64,000 nucleotides of DNA from assembly GCA_963833505.1 (NCBI GenBank), contig CAWHYG010000004.1:223025-287024 (forward strand), given 5' to 3'. A program made the position numbers and the translations under genes. Source of the DNA: Candidatus Eiseniibacteriota bacterium. GTDB lineage: Bacteria; Eisenbacteria; RBG-16-71-46; CAIMUX01. Position 1 is the first letter of the stretch; every line of letters begins with the position of its first letter. This document shows, piece after piece, positions 18,772-28,686 of the stretch. The notes beneath the pieces were generated by a model, which was not told the origin of the DNA, made no database searches, and saw only the letters and a list, made by a program, of their open reading frames with translations.

Positions 18772-20136
18772 ATGGCGGACCGACGCATCATGCTGAGTGA
18801 GCAGGAGATTCCCCGGCAGTGGTTCAACATCACGGCGGACATGAAGGACAAGCCGCGGCCTCCGCTCCATCCGGGCACCGGCCAGCCGGTCGGACCGCAG
18901 GATCTGTCCCCGATCTTTCCGATGGCGTTGATCGAGCAGGAGGTCTCCGGCGAACGCTGGATCCCCATCCCGCCTGAGGTCCTGGACGTCTACCGGCTCT
19001 GGCGCCCCACGCCCCTTTTCCGGGCGGAGCGTCTGGAGCAAGCGCTGAAGACGCCGGCCCGCATCTTCTACAAATACGAAGGCGTGAGCCCGGCCGGAAG
19101 CCACAAGCCGAACACGGCGGTCGCCCAGGCCTTCTACAACAAGCGCGAAGGCGTGAAGAGGCTGGCCACCGAGACCGGCGCCGGCCAGTGGGGTTCGTCG
19201 CTGGCCTTCGCCTGCCGCCAGTTCGATCTGGAATGCAAGGTATACATGGTGCGCGTTTCGTACGACCAGAAGCCGTATCGCCGTTCGATGATGCACATCT
19301 GGGGCGCGACGGTCGTCCCCAGTCCGTCCGAGGACACGAACGTCGGCCGGAAGTTCCGGGCCGAGCAGCCGGACAGCCCCGGCAGCCTGGGCATCGCGAT
19401 CAGCGAAGCGGTCGAGGATGCCGCCAGCCGCGCCGACACCAACTACTCCCTCGGCAGCGTGCTCAATCACGTGCTGCTCCACCAGACCGTGATCGGGCTC
19501 GAAGCGCGGACCGCGATGGAGAAGATCGGCGCCTATCCGGACGTCGTGGTCGGCTGCGTCGGCGGCGGAAGCAACTTCGCGGGCATCGCGTTTCCTTTCA
19601 TTGCCGATCGGATCAACGGCCGTCCGGTGCGCGCGCTGGCCTGCGAACCGGCCTCCTGCCCGACCATCACGCGCGGCGAGTTCCGCTACGACTTCGGCGA
19701 CGCCGCGATGATGACCCCGCTTCTGGCCATGCACACCCTGGGCCACACCTTCATGCCCTCCCCCATTCATGCCGGAGGGCTCCGCTACCACGGCATGGCT
19801 CCCCTGGTGAGCCAGCTCCGGGAGAGCGGCCTGATCGAGGCCGTGGCGTTTCCGCAGAATGAGTGCTTCGAGGCCGGAGTGCTCTTCGCGGCCACCGAGG
19901 GGATCATCCCGGCGCCGGAGACGACCCACGCGATCCGCGGGGTCCTGGTCGAAGCGGAGCGGTGCCGGAAGGAGCAGAAGGCGGAGACGATTCTTTTCAA
20001 CTTCAGCGGGCACGGCCACCTGGATCTGGCCGCTTACGACGACTGGTTCGCCGGCAACCTCCAGGACCACGCGTTGCCGAAGGAAGAAATCCAGAAGGCG
20101 CTGGCCGGGCTCGCCGCCCTGCCGCGGATCTCTTGA
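18772..20136 (+). CDS. TrpB2-type tryptophan synthase beta-like PLP enzyme
   Basis: 454 aa with '[25 protein letters not shown]' and a lysine-PLP region. The length matches TrpB2. Confidence 0.8.
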   Translation: MADRRIMLSEQEIPRQWFNITADMKDKPRPPLHPGTGQPVGPQDLSPIFPMALIEQEVSGERWIPIPPEVLDVYRLWRPTPLFRAERLEQALKTPARIFYKYEGVSPAGSHKPNTAVAQAFYNKREGVKRLATETGAGQWGSSLAFACRQFDLECKVYMVRVSYDQKPYRRSMMHIWGATVVPSPSEDTNVGRKFRAEQPDSPGSLGIAISEAVEDAASRADTNYSLGSVLNHVLLHQTVIGLEARTAMEKIGAYPDVVVGCVGGGSNFAGIAFPFIADRINGRPVRALACEPASCPTITRGEFRYDFGDAAMMTPLLAMHTLGHTFMPSPIHAGGLRYHGMAPLVSQLRESGLIEAVAFPQNECFEAGVLFAATEGIIPAPETTHAIRGVLVEAERCRKEQKAETILFNFSGHGHLDLAAYDDWFAGNLQDHALPKEEIQKALAGLAALPRIS

Positions 20137-20153
20137 TCTCGGGGAGTGCCGGA

Positions 20154-21161
20154 ATGAGGTGGATCACGTGGATGCTGGCGGTCCTGGCCGGAATCACAGC
20201 CGTTTCCGGAACCGCCCGGGCCGTCAACGTCGTGCCGTTCGCCAAGGCGGACTCGACCTCGCGTTCGTTGCTGGCGGCCGACCGCAAGTTCTCCGACGCC
20301 AGCCTCAAGAAGGGGATGCGGGCGTCCTTCCTCGATTATCTGACCGATGACGCGCTGCTCTTTCGCCCGCGGCCGGTCAACGGCAAGAAGTTCCTCACTC
20401 TCAAGGAAACCAATCCCCTGCTCCTGAGCTGGGAACCGACCTATGCCGAAGTCTCCATCTCCGGTGACTTCGGGCTCACGATCGGCACCTGGAAGGTCCG
20501 GCAGAAACCGGATGCGCAACCTCTGGGCCGGGGGGAATACGCCAACGTCTGGCGGCGCGGGCCCGGAGGACCCTGGCGCGTCGCGGTCGACATCGGGATC
20601 ACGCACGGGCGTCCGACTTTCGACCCGACTCCATGGGGCGTCTACCAGCGCCCGCCGATCACCTGGCGGGCCACCCGCCGCGGCGGCGCCTTCGATCTCT
20701 CTTCCGGGGCCCAGAGGCAACTGGTGGATTCCCTGGTCGGGGTCGATCGAACCCTGTCCGGAGAGACCGCCGGAAACCTGATCGGGGCGTACCGCCGCCT
20801 GGCGGCGGACGACTTCCAATGGTTCCGCATGTGGCGGTTTCCTTATCTCGGCTTGGATTCCGTGGACGTGGTGGCAGGCGCGGGCCGTTCGGCATTCCAC
20901 TCCTCCCCCGATTCCGCGCTGGTCGCGCGTTCCGGGGATCTGGGGTGCACCTGGGGTTACTCGGTTTCGAGAGGGTCCGAGAGTTCCCCGCCCGATTCCT
21001 CGAGCTATCTGCGCGTGTGGCGGCGCGAGCCGCTGGTCTCGGGAGTCTCGGGCCAGAAATCGTATCGGGTGGATTGGTCGGAATGGCGGCTCGTGATGGA
21101 GATGATGGATCCGATCAGGCCGAAGACCGCAGCGGACGTTCCAGGAGCCACGAAGCAGTAG
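20154..21161 (+). CDS. Secreted hypothetical protein with two NTF2-like (DUF4440/SnoaL-like) halves
   Basis: Signal peptide 'MRWITWMLAVLAGITAVSGTARA'. ATG at 20154 preceded by GGGGAG. The upstream in-frame extension to 19863 overlaps trpB2 and was rejected. Confidence 0.5.
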   Translation: MRWITWMLAVLAGITAVSGTARAVNVVPFAKADSTSRSLLAADRKFSDASLKKGMRASFLDYLTDDALLFRPRPVNGKKFLTLKETNPLLLSWEPTYAEVSISGDFGLTIGTWKVRQKPDAQPLGRGEYANVWRRGPGGPWRVAVDIGITHGRPTFDPTPWGVYQRPPITWRATRRGGAFDLSSGAQRQLVDSLVGVDRTLSGETAGNLIGAYRRLAADDFQWFRMWRFPYLGLDSVDVVAGAGRSAFHSSPDSALVARSGDLGCTWGYSVSRGSESSPPDSSSYLRVWRREPLVSGVSGQKSYRVDWSEWRLVMEMMDPIRPKTAADVPGATKQ

Positions 21162-21225
21162 CCCGGGCGAGCCGGCAGACGCGGCTTCCGCAGGCTGGAC
21201 CGGAGACCGCCTGCGAACACCGCCA

Positions 21226-21519
21226 GTGGCACAGATGGAGGCAGAAATGATCCGCAGTCTTCATTACGTGCTCGCGCTCTCATCCGCCGTTGCCGCAATT
21301 GGCATCTGGCTGGTGGTTCGCTCCACGCGACATCTACGTGTGGAGGCGCCCCGGATGGGTTTGGTGGGTCGACAGCGGTTCAAGCCGATCTGGGTATTGT
21401 ACAAGGAATACACAGATGCCGGTGCAAGACTCTATCAGGCCGGCGTTGTGCTGATGGTCGCCGCCACGATCGGCTTCGTGACGTTCTTCTATCTGGATCA
21501 CCACGCCGGCGGGCGATGA
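21226..21519 (+). CDS. Small two-TM membrane protein (hypothetical)
   Basis: 97 aa with two hydrophobic helices. Tightly spaced after the previous gene. Confidence 0.35.
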   Translation: MAQMEAEMIRSLHYVLALSSAVAAIGIWLVVRSTRHLRVEAPRMGLVGRQRFKPIWVLYKEYTDAGARLYQAGVVLMVAATIGFVTFFYLDHHAGGR

Positions 21520-21554
21520 AGAGTTCCGTCGCCGTTTCAGACCCCGACCCCAGG

Positions 21555-22196
21555 TCACCGCTTCCGGGGAGCCTTGTTCTGGGCTTCTCTCTTTCCGCCC
21601 GAGCCTGGCGCAGGTCGTGAGCGTCCCCGATCCGGTTCGGAGCCCCCCTCCGGCTCTGATCTCGGTCCGGACGCCGGCCGCTCGTCACCGGGGGTCCCTC
21701 CCGGCCCGCCGACTCCCTCTTGGTCCGCCTCGGAATCCGGGCCGCTGGCTCCCGACTCGGATTTGAAGAGGCCCCCGAGCCCTCCGCCCTTCGGCCGGAA
21801 CTGCCGGAATTCCTGCTCCATCTTCTGCACGCGCTCCCGGCGGCGCCGATCCGCCTCGCCGCCCAGGAACATGCGCTCCATCTCCTCGCGCTTGTCGCGT
21901 TCGCGGGAGTGGAATTCGGCCAGCTCTCCTTCGATCGAAGGTCCACTGCCGCCGCGCGGGAGCTCTTCGATCGGGACCGGGTCGCCGACGTCGAGCCGGA
22001 TCCCGAACGGCCCTTCCAGCCCTTTCAGGATTCCGCGCTGCCGCAGCTCGTGCACGAGGACGTAGGTCTTCTCGTTGGAGAACCCGAGGAGCGATGCCAC
22101 CTCCTCCGGGGTCGGGCTCCGCCCGTCTTTGTGCTGGAGGATCCGAACCGCCGCGACGAGCAGATGGCCTTCTTCGTAGCTGGGAGCTATGTCCAT
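21555..22196 (-). CDS. Hypothetical protein with a structured N-terminal domain and a long Gly/Arg/Glu-rich disordered basic tail
   Basis: 213-aa ORF with an ATG start. The N-terminal approximately 90 aa are non-repetitive. No recognisable domain. Confidence 0.4.
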   Translation of the reverse strand: MDIAPSYEEGHLLVAAVRILQHKDGRSPTPEEVASLLGFSNEKTYVLVHELRQRGILKGLEGPFGIRLDVGDPVPIEELPRGGSGPSIEGELAEFHSRERDKREEMERMFLGGEADRRRRERVQKMEQEFRQFRPKGGGLGGLFKSESGASGPDSEADQEGVGGPGGTPGDERPASGPRSEPEGGSEPDRGRSRPAPGSGGKREAQNKAPRKR

Positions 22197-22637
22197 GGCG
22201 CCGCCAGTCTAGCTCCGGCCTGGACCGGAAGGAAGAGCCGGTTCCGGGGTCCGGCTCCGGTGCGGCGTCCGGCCCCCGTTGGCCTCGATTCGAGGCGGGT
22301 GATTGGAGTCCGGCGCCGACGTCGCGCCCGGCAAGCCGGTCTTCGGACCCAACACATTCACGAGGTACCCGGCCCCTGCCCTCCGGCCTGGGAACACGGG
22401 ACCGGGCCAGGCGGATGGGAAGGACTGCGGGAGTCCTCCGGAAGCGCCGAAAATGAGATCCGGGGGGTTCCGGCGCCGGGCCGGTGGCGCCGCGGGGGCG
22501 GGAACACCCAAAACCGAGGGGTTTACAATCCTTCGGATTTAGGTCATGATTGGCGCTTGCGGAGTGCCGGGCAGGCCCGAGGAGGCGCGCCGGCGCAACA
22601 GGACGGTCTCTAGGCTGGATCGGGAGGTCTGAAGCAG

Positions 22638-22883
22638 ATGGGTCGAGAAAAGCGGATCGCAGAGCGGAGAGCCAAGGAGATCGTAGATCGAACCGTGGGC
22701 AAGCGCCCCGCGACCGAATCCGCCCGGCCGGCTGGCCAGGTCGCAACCCCCGGTCCGACCGCTCCTCTGGCGATCCAACTGGAGCCAACGGGGCTGGGCA
22801 AGGCCATCGTCCAGATCCTGGCGCTCTACCTGATCCCGATCGGCGCCGTCATCCTGATCGGAAAGCTGCTCTTCCGGCTCTAG
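22638..22883 (+). CDS. Small C-terminally membrane-anchored hypothetical protein
   Basis: 81 aa with the C-terminal TM 'AIVQILALYLIPIGAVILIGKLLF'. Confidence 0.3.
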   Translation: MGREKRIAERRAKEIVDRTVGKRPATESARPAGQVATPGPTAPLAIQLEPTGLGKAIVQILALYLIPIGAVILIGKLLFRL

Positions 22884-23084
22884 GTCCAGGCTGGAGGCGC
22901 GCTCCTTTGCCGCCGGGCTCTCTGTCGCCTGGGCGGGCTCCCATGGGAGCGGTGGCGCTGTAAGTTCGGCATCTTCCCCGGTGAGCCCCCGGGGCGTCTA
23001 CCTGCGGAGATTCGGAGATTCTGCCCGCATCGGGGACCCCTCTGCCTCGACCCTGCTGGCCGGTCCGCTTGGTCAGCGCGCCGG

Positions 23085-23892
23085 CTGGCTGGCCGGCCGC
23101 CGAACCAAGACGACCTGGTCAAGCGGGACGCTCTGATTCCGCCTGATTCCGCCGAACCATGACGAGTCGGTCATCCGGGACGCTCTGATTCCGCCGAACC
23201 ATGACGCCTCGGTCATCCGGGACGCTCTGATTCCGCCGAACCATGCCGCCTCGGTCATCCGGGACGCTCTGATTCCGCCGAACCATGACGACCTGGTCAA
23301 GCGGGACGCTCTGATTCCGCCGAACCATCACGCCTTGGTCAACCGGGACGCTCTGATTCCGCCGAACCATGACGCCTTGGTCAACCGGGACGCTCTGATT
23401 CCGCCGAACCATGACGACCTGGTCAAGCGGGACGCTCTGATTCCGCCGAACCATGACGAGTCGGTCATCCGGGACGCTCTGATTCCGCCGAACCATCACG
23501 CCTCGGTCAACCGGGACGCTCTGATTCCGCCGAACCATCACGCCTTGGTCAACCGGGACGCTCTGATTCCGCCGAACCATCACGCCTTGGTCAACCGGGA
23601 CGCTCTGATTCCGCCGAACCATGACGCCTTGGTCAACCGGGACGCTCTGATTCCGCCGAACCATGACGCCTCGGTCAACCGGGGCGCTCTGATTCCGCCG
23701 GACCATGACGACCTGGTCAAGCGGGACGCTCTGATTCCGCCGAACTACGACGCCTCGGTCAACCGGGACGCTCCTGTTCCGCCGAACTACGACGCCTCGG
23801 TCAACCGGGACGCTCTGGTTCCGCCGAACCAGGACGCCTCGGTCGTCCAAGGCGGTTCGCCCCCGCCGAGGTACGAGGTTCTGGTCAACCGG
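23085..23892. repeat. Tandem array of about 18 units of a 42-bp repeat. Each unit has a 24-bp invariant core 'gacgctctgattccgccgaaccat' plus an 18-bp segment with 8 related variants. The first unit carries a 10-bp internal duplication and the last units are degenerate.
   Basis: Units begin at 23179, 23221, 23263 and so on with exact 42-bp phase. Both the + frame (DALIPPNHDxxVxR)n and the - frame (VRRNQSVPVDxGVM)n are open but have only TTG starts. Confidence 0.85.
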
Positions 23893-24329
23893 GGCGGCCC
23901 ACCGGCGCGTGACGAACTCGTCTCATAAACCGACCGAGATTCCGCTCCCGATCGCCGATTCCGGGCATTCCGATCACGGATCCAGAGCCGAGCCGAAGCC
24001 GGGAGATCCCCCCCACAACGTGGCTCTGAGGGATACCCGCGCGGCCCCAGCGGTCAACAGTTGGTCGAACCTCCTTCCCGCTCGGAGCGACGACAGCCCT
24101 CCGCTTCCACCGGGGCGGACTCGACTCATCCGGAAACCGGTCTCGGGTTCCTGGTATCGCCGGCACAGGAGCAACCAATGATCACGCATAGAGCTACGAT
24201 TGCCAGGTCGCGCATTCTCTCCACTCCAGGCCTTCCTCGCCAGCCTCCTCGCCCACGTTATTCATGAACTCCCGGCTGCGGCAGCGGTACCACGGAGTTC
24301 CAGGCCCCCATGCCGGGCTCGCGGCATTC

Positions 24330-25602
24330 CTATCGGATCAGCGTCAACCTGCTGGTCAGCACTCTGGGTCCGGTCGCCAATCGGATCACGTATATGCCGG
24401 ACGGCAGCGGCCTGCCGCCTTCATCGCAGGAATCCCAGCGGATCGAATGTAGGCCGGCGTCCTCTCGTTCACTCACCAGACGCCGGATCTGCCGGCCGGA
24501 AACATCGAGGACGTCCAGGACGACGCTGACGGGAGCCGCCAAGCCGTATCTGATCGCCACCGGGCCGGCGCTGGGGTTCGGTTCCGGCTCAGGCCGCAGG
24601 AATCGAGCGACCTCCCCCACCTGGGCCGAGGAGGTCGGGCACGGGTTCGGGTTGCAGGGGACGCCGTAGCCCTGGAAGAACCCGAGCTCCTGCCAAAGCG
24701 GCGACGCCATTATTTACACCGGTGCCCATGGGGTACCATCCACTTCCATCCCACCGGGCGATGTAGCTCGCCGGTTTCCCGCCGGCCTGGGTGAAAGCTC
24801 CCCCGGCAATCAGGTCCCCGTTATAGACTGCCAAAGCAACGACTGAACCGTTCGTCCCGGAACCGAGGGGCTGCCAGGTCGTGCCGTTCCATGCGGCGAC
24901 GTGGTTCGCTCCTTGCCCGCCCGCCAGCGGAAAGTAGCCGCCCGCAACCACCGTGCCGTTATAGTCCGCCAGTGACTCGACTTCTCCGCTCATCCCTGAC
25001 GACATGGGTGCCCACGTGGTGCCATTCCACTCCGCGATCATGTTCGCCGCGAACCCCCCCGCCGTGTGGAAGCCCCCGCCGACGATGAGATTCGACGCGA
25101 AGGGAAGGAGCACCTGCACGAAGCCATCGCTGATGCCTGACCCCAGCGGCCACCAGGCATTGCCGTCCCACCTCGCGATCGAGTTCGCCGGACGACCGCC
25201 GGCGTGGCCGAAATACCCGCCCACTATCAAGCTTCCCGAGTACACAGCAGCCGCGTAGGCCTCGCCGTTGACTCCCGCGCCGAGGGGCTCCCAGCTCGTG
25301 CCGGACCACTGAGCGACGTAGGAGGCGTTGTCTGGCTCTATGCCCTGGAACGAACCCACCGCGATCAGCGTCCCGTTATAGACCGCCAGTCCCGACACTG
25401 GGGTTTCCGCAGGCGGCCCGCACAGTCCAGCGAGCGTCCCGCACCAATCGGCGCGGGACTGGCACGGCAGCACAAGAAGGCCGGCAATCCCCAGCAGGAG
25501 AACCCAAGCGCCGTGGCTTGCGGTCCGGTGGTTGCCGGATGCCCGCAAAACAGGGAAACCCCACCGACCTGTCCGCGACGCCCCTTCAACGAGCGAGCTC
25601 AT
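24330..25602 (-). CDS. Secreted beta-propeller-like repeat protein with a 'CNPNPCP' linker and a FlgD-Ig/T9SS-like C-terminal domain. Split into two ORFs by a frameshift near 24600-24700.
   Basis: ORF 24589..25602 carries a signal peptide and repeated 'W(N/D)G(T/S)xWxPLGxG' blades. ORF 24330..24710 carries 'GYGVPCNPNPCP' plus '...GIYVIRLATGPRVLTSRLTLIR'. The two ORFs overlap by 120 nt in different frames. Confidence 0.6.
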
Positions 25603-26177
25603 CTCTGAACCTCCATGTGGGCCTGTTCATGACGCTGCCCGACCGTCTCCAGCTGTGGCCGAGGTGCGGTGTCTGGGCCTGGCCACTTCCGGCCGATGAT
25701 CACCCTCGCGGGAGAACCACGACCGGCGCCGTTGGCTGTTCTCAACCACATGAGGCGGCCTCGGTGTGCGTTGTGGGCGGGGCAATGGGAGTCTGCCGAA
25801 AGCTGCGCGACCTGTGGGACCCCGCGACTCATAACGCGCCTCCGCTCGCTGATCATTCTGCACTCCGCACGGCTCGGTTCATTGGAGCGTATATAATCAT
25901 CCCGCATCAGAACCGGGCTGTCAATTCTGATGTTGACTCGCCATGCGAAGGTCACACGACAGCAACTGGCGCGTACCACGGGAGGCCGAGGGACCGCCGG
26001 ACCCGGATCCGCTGCCCCCTTTCTGCCTGGCCCCGCAACGGTCGCGAATCCGGGGCCACGATCCCCTCGTCCCCACGGCACTACGGGCGGGTGCGACCGC
26101 CGCCGTGGCGACGCGTGCCGGAAGGGGCGCAGCCGCGAGGGCGTGTCAGCCGGCCTGCGGCCTCCCTCCCCTCAGGA

Positions 26178-28499
26178 TCAATCCGGCGGCAGATCGTTCC
26201 CCACCTGGATGAAGACGTAGGCGTTCCGGCTCTTCTCCCAGGCAATGCCCCCCTGCACCGGCCCGATCGGCGTCCTCTGCAGCAATCCGCTCTCGAGCCC
26301 CTTCTCCGCCGCCTCGTGCCGGAGCAAGGTCACGCTGTCCCCGCGGAACAGGGCCGTTCCCCGCGTCCAGAAGCTGAGGTTGGTCGCGAATCGAAGCCCG
26401 ACAGTGGCGGAAACGTCGCCGGCGAAGGGCGCGTACAACCCGGGCTCGAAACGGCCCAAGGTCGCACGGGTCAGATCGAGGCGGTGCCAGTAGCGGAAAG
26501 GCAGCCCTCGCGGATTGAGCCCGGCCGCATCGACTCCGGGAATCAGCGACAGCCGGCCCGCGGACACGCTCCAGTCGGCCGAGCCGTTCCACGACGTCAC
26601 GACCTCCCTGGATAGATTCTCGCTGGAGAACTCGGAACGCAGGGTGGCCTGCCCGCCGCGCGTGGGCAGCGCGCGCTCGTCCGAGTTGTCGAAGATGACG
26701 CTCACCGATGCCGTCCGGTCGAGGTCGTTCCAGTCCGGAACGCCGACCGGCTTCTCGCCGCGATCCCGGCGCACTCCAAGGCCGATCATGAAGAGCGCGT
26801 CTTGCCCGCTGGCCAGGCTGGTGCTGAGCTGCGCGTCATGGACGGTGTGCCGGAACTGGTCGGGGGAATCCTCCGAGTAGTCGTCCCGGATGGCGCGGAG
26901 GCGGAGGCTCAGGCCGAAGGGAATTCCGCGCAGCCGGCTGGATCGGACTCCGGTTTCCAGGCCGTTCTGGAACTGCCCCAGGTAGACCGTTCCGTAGATC
27001 GTCTCTCCGAGGTGCAGCAGGTTGTCCCGGCGAAGCTCGGCGTCGAGGTTCATGGATCGGCCGTTGTCGTAGAGGAGGCCGAACGACAGATAGGTGGGAA
27101 CGCGCTCCTCCAGATTGAGGAGGATCCCGACCCGCCCGCTGTCCGGCTGGCTGAGGTACGGCCACACCGCCTGGTAGTTGCCCGTGGCGTAGAGGCGACG
27201 GAGCCCGCGGTCGAGCGCGTCGAGAGAGAAGGCGTCTCCCTTGTCGAAGCCCAGCTCACGCTTCGGAACCCAGACGTACGAGAGCATCTGTTCCTCGAAC
27301 CGCACGAACTGCACCTGGAGCGGCCCGAGGCTCCGCATCAGTTCCTGCGGCGTCGGCCTGGGACGGCGGAGGGGAATCGTCCCCGGCGGAAACAACGCGC
27401 GAATCTTGTCCATCTGCGCCCAGGTCGCCCGATATCCGGCCTCGAACAGCTCTTCCGGACGGCTGAAATCCGTCGCGGACCGGCCGGCCAGATCCGGCTT
27501 GATCCAGACGTCCCAGCCGGTGATCGAGAGGGAATCGACCCTTTGGGACAGCACCTGCAGAACGGCCTGCGCCACCCGGTAGGGGTCGTCGCTCACCGGC
27601 CCTTCTTCCGGGTGCGCGGTGCAATCCACGGCGATCACGCGGTCGCATCCCATTTCCCGGCTCAGGTCGACGGGCAGGTTGTTGACGGGACCGGGGTCCA
27701 CGAAGAGGCGCACCGGATCCCGGCTGGGAATGGGCGGGAAGGCCAGGGGCACCGACATGCTCGAGCGGATGGCTCGGGGAAGATCGCCATCCCGGAACAC
27801 CACGATCGATCGCGAGTCCAGATCGAAGGCCATGGTCCGGAATGGAATGGGCAGGCGATCGAAGCTCCCGCGCGCGGCGAGGGCGGCCGGCGTGGAGTTC
27901 TCGATCAACATCCAGTTCAGATTGAAATCGTTGACCAAAGATCGGGGAAGCCGGTACTCCCATCCGGAGAGGTAGACGCCGAAGGTCTGGGGGTTGAGGA
28001 CGCGCTTCTCGAAGACGTTGCGCTCCCGGTATTCGCCGGGAGAGCGAAAAAGCTCGCTTCGATGCGCGATCGCCTTGAGCTGGGGGATGGTGCAGCCGGA
28101 GGCGTAAAGCCCTCCCACGACCGCGCCGATCGAGACCCCGGCGATTCCGTCGATCGGGATGCCCGCCTCCTCGAGCGCCTGAAGGACGCCGACGTGCGCG
28201 AGGCCGCGGGCGCCGCCGCCGGAGAGGACCAGCGCGACCCGCGGCATCCGGGCGGTCGTGTCAACCGGAGCGCCGGGAAGCGGGCGCGACGCACCGAACG
28301 CGGCCAGCGCCGTGTCGGTCGGGGCCGGACAGCCCAGAGCGAAAATCGCGGCCGCCAAGGCTGCGCGCGCAACCCTTCGCTGGAAGGCATGAATCCGCTT
28401 CGGATGCGTAGGCGGCGTCCAGATCACTCCCCTCTCCCGATTCGGCGGTCGGGACGGATGGATTCTGGCGGTCAAGCGCGTCCGGAGCAAGGTGATCAT
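26178..28499 (-). CDS. Patatin-like phospholipase fused to a C-terminal Omp85-family outer-membrane beta-barrel (PlpD-like, type Vd-like)
   Basis: 773 aa with N-terminal 'VLSGGGARG' and 'GVSIGA' (GxSxG) patatin motifs and 'DGG' further on. The C-terminal approximately 350 aa are beta-strand-rich and end in an aromatic residue. Confidence 0.75.
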   Translation of the reverse strand: MITLLRTRLTARIHPSRPPNRERGVIWTPPTHPKRIHAFQRRVARAALAAAIFALGCPAPTDTALAAFGASRPLPGAPVDTTARMPRVALVLSGGGARGLAHVGVLQALEEAGIPIDGIAGVSIGAVVGGLYASGCTIPQLKAIAHRSELFRSPGEYRERNVFEKRVLNPQTFGVYLSGWEYRLPRSLVNDFNLNWMLIENSTPAALAARGSFDRLPIPFRTMAFDLDSRSIVVFRDGDLPRAIRSSMSVPLAFPPIPSRDPVRLFVDPGPVNNLPVDLSREMGCDRVIAVDCTAHPEEGPVSDDPYRVAQAVLQVLSQRVDSLSITGWDVWIKPDLAGRSATDFSRPEELFEAGYRATWAQMDKIRALFPPGTIPLRRPRPTPQELMRSLGPLQVQFVRFEEQMLSYVWVPKRELGFDKGDAFSLDALDRGLRRLYATGNYQAVWPYLSQPDSGRVGILLNLEERVPTYLSFGLLYDNGRSMNLDAELRRDNLLHLGETIYGTVYLGQFQNGLETGVRSSRLRGIPFGLSLRLRAIRDDYSEDSPDQFRHTVHDAQLSTSLASGQDALFMIGLGVRRDRGEKPVGVPDWNDLDRTASVSVIFDNSDERALPTRGGQATLRSEFSSENLSREVVTSWNGSADWSVSAGRLSLIPGVDAAGLNPRGLPFRYWHRLDLTRATLGRFEPGLYAPFAGDVSATVGLRFATNLSFWTRGTALFRGDSVTLLRHEAAEKGLESGLLQRTPIGPVQGGIAWEKSRNAYVFIQVGNDLPPD

Positions 28500-28686
28500 C
28501 GACGCTCAGGGGCGCCGGGAGCAAGGTGACCATCGACGCTCACGCGCGCCGGGATCGCGTTGATGATCAGCGCCTCCGGATGCTCTCCGATTCTGCGCTC
28601 CCCGAGCTGTCGCGGGATCGCCCTGGTGCTTTGCGGCACGGGCGGGCGTATGCTGCGGCCTCGATTCACGAGTCGGAGGAGTCGAG

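Noticed and set aside
16797-20070. Long - strand ORFs of 434, 300 and 461 aa
   Set aside because: Antisense to the WYL regulator, efp and trpB2. No motifs.
19863-20153. N-terminal extension of the 20154 gene (ORF start at 19863)
   Set aside because: It overlaps the 3' end of trpB2 in another frame. A signal peptide and RBS occur at the internal ATG at 20154.
23085-23892. CRISPR array interpretation of the 42-bp repeats
   Set aside because: The units are contiguous with no unique spacers. The 'variable' 18 bp are point variants of one another, and no cas genes are nearby.
26802-28529. 575-aa + strand ORF
   Set aside because: Antisense to the patatin-Omp85 gene.
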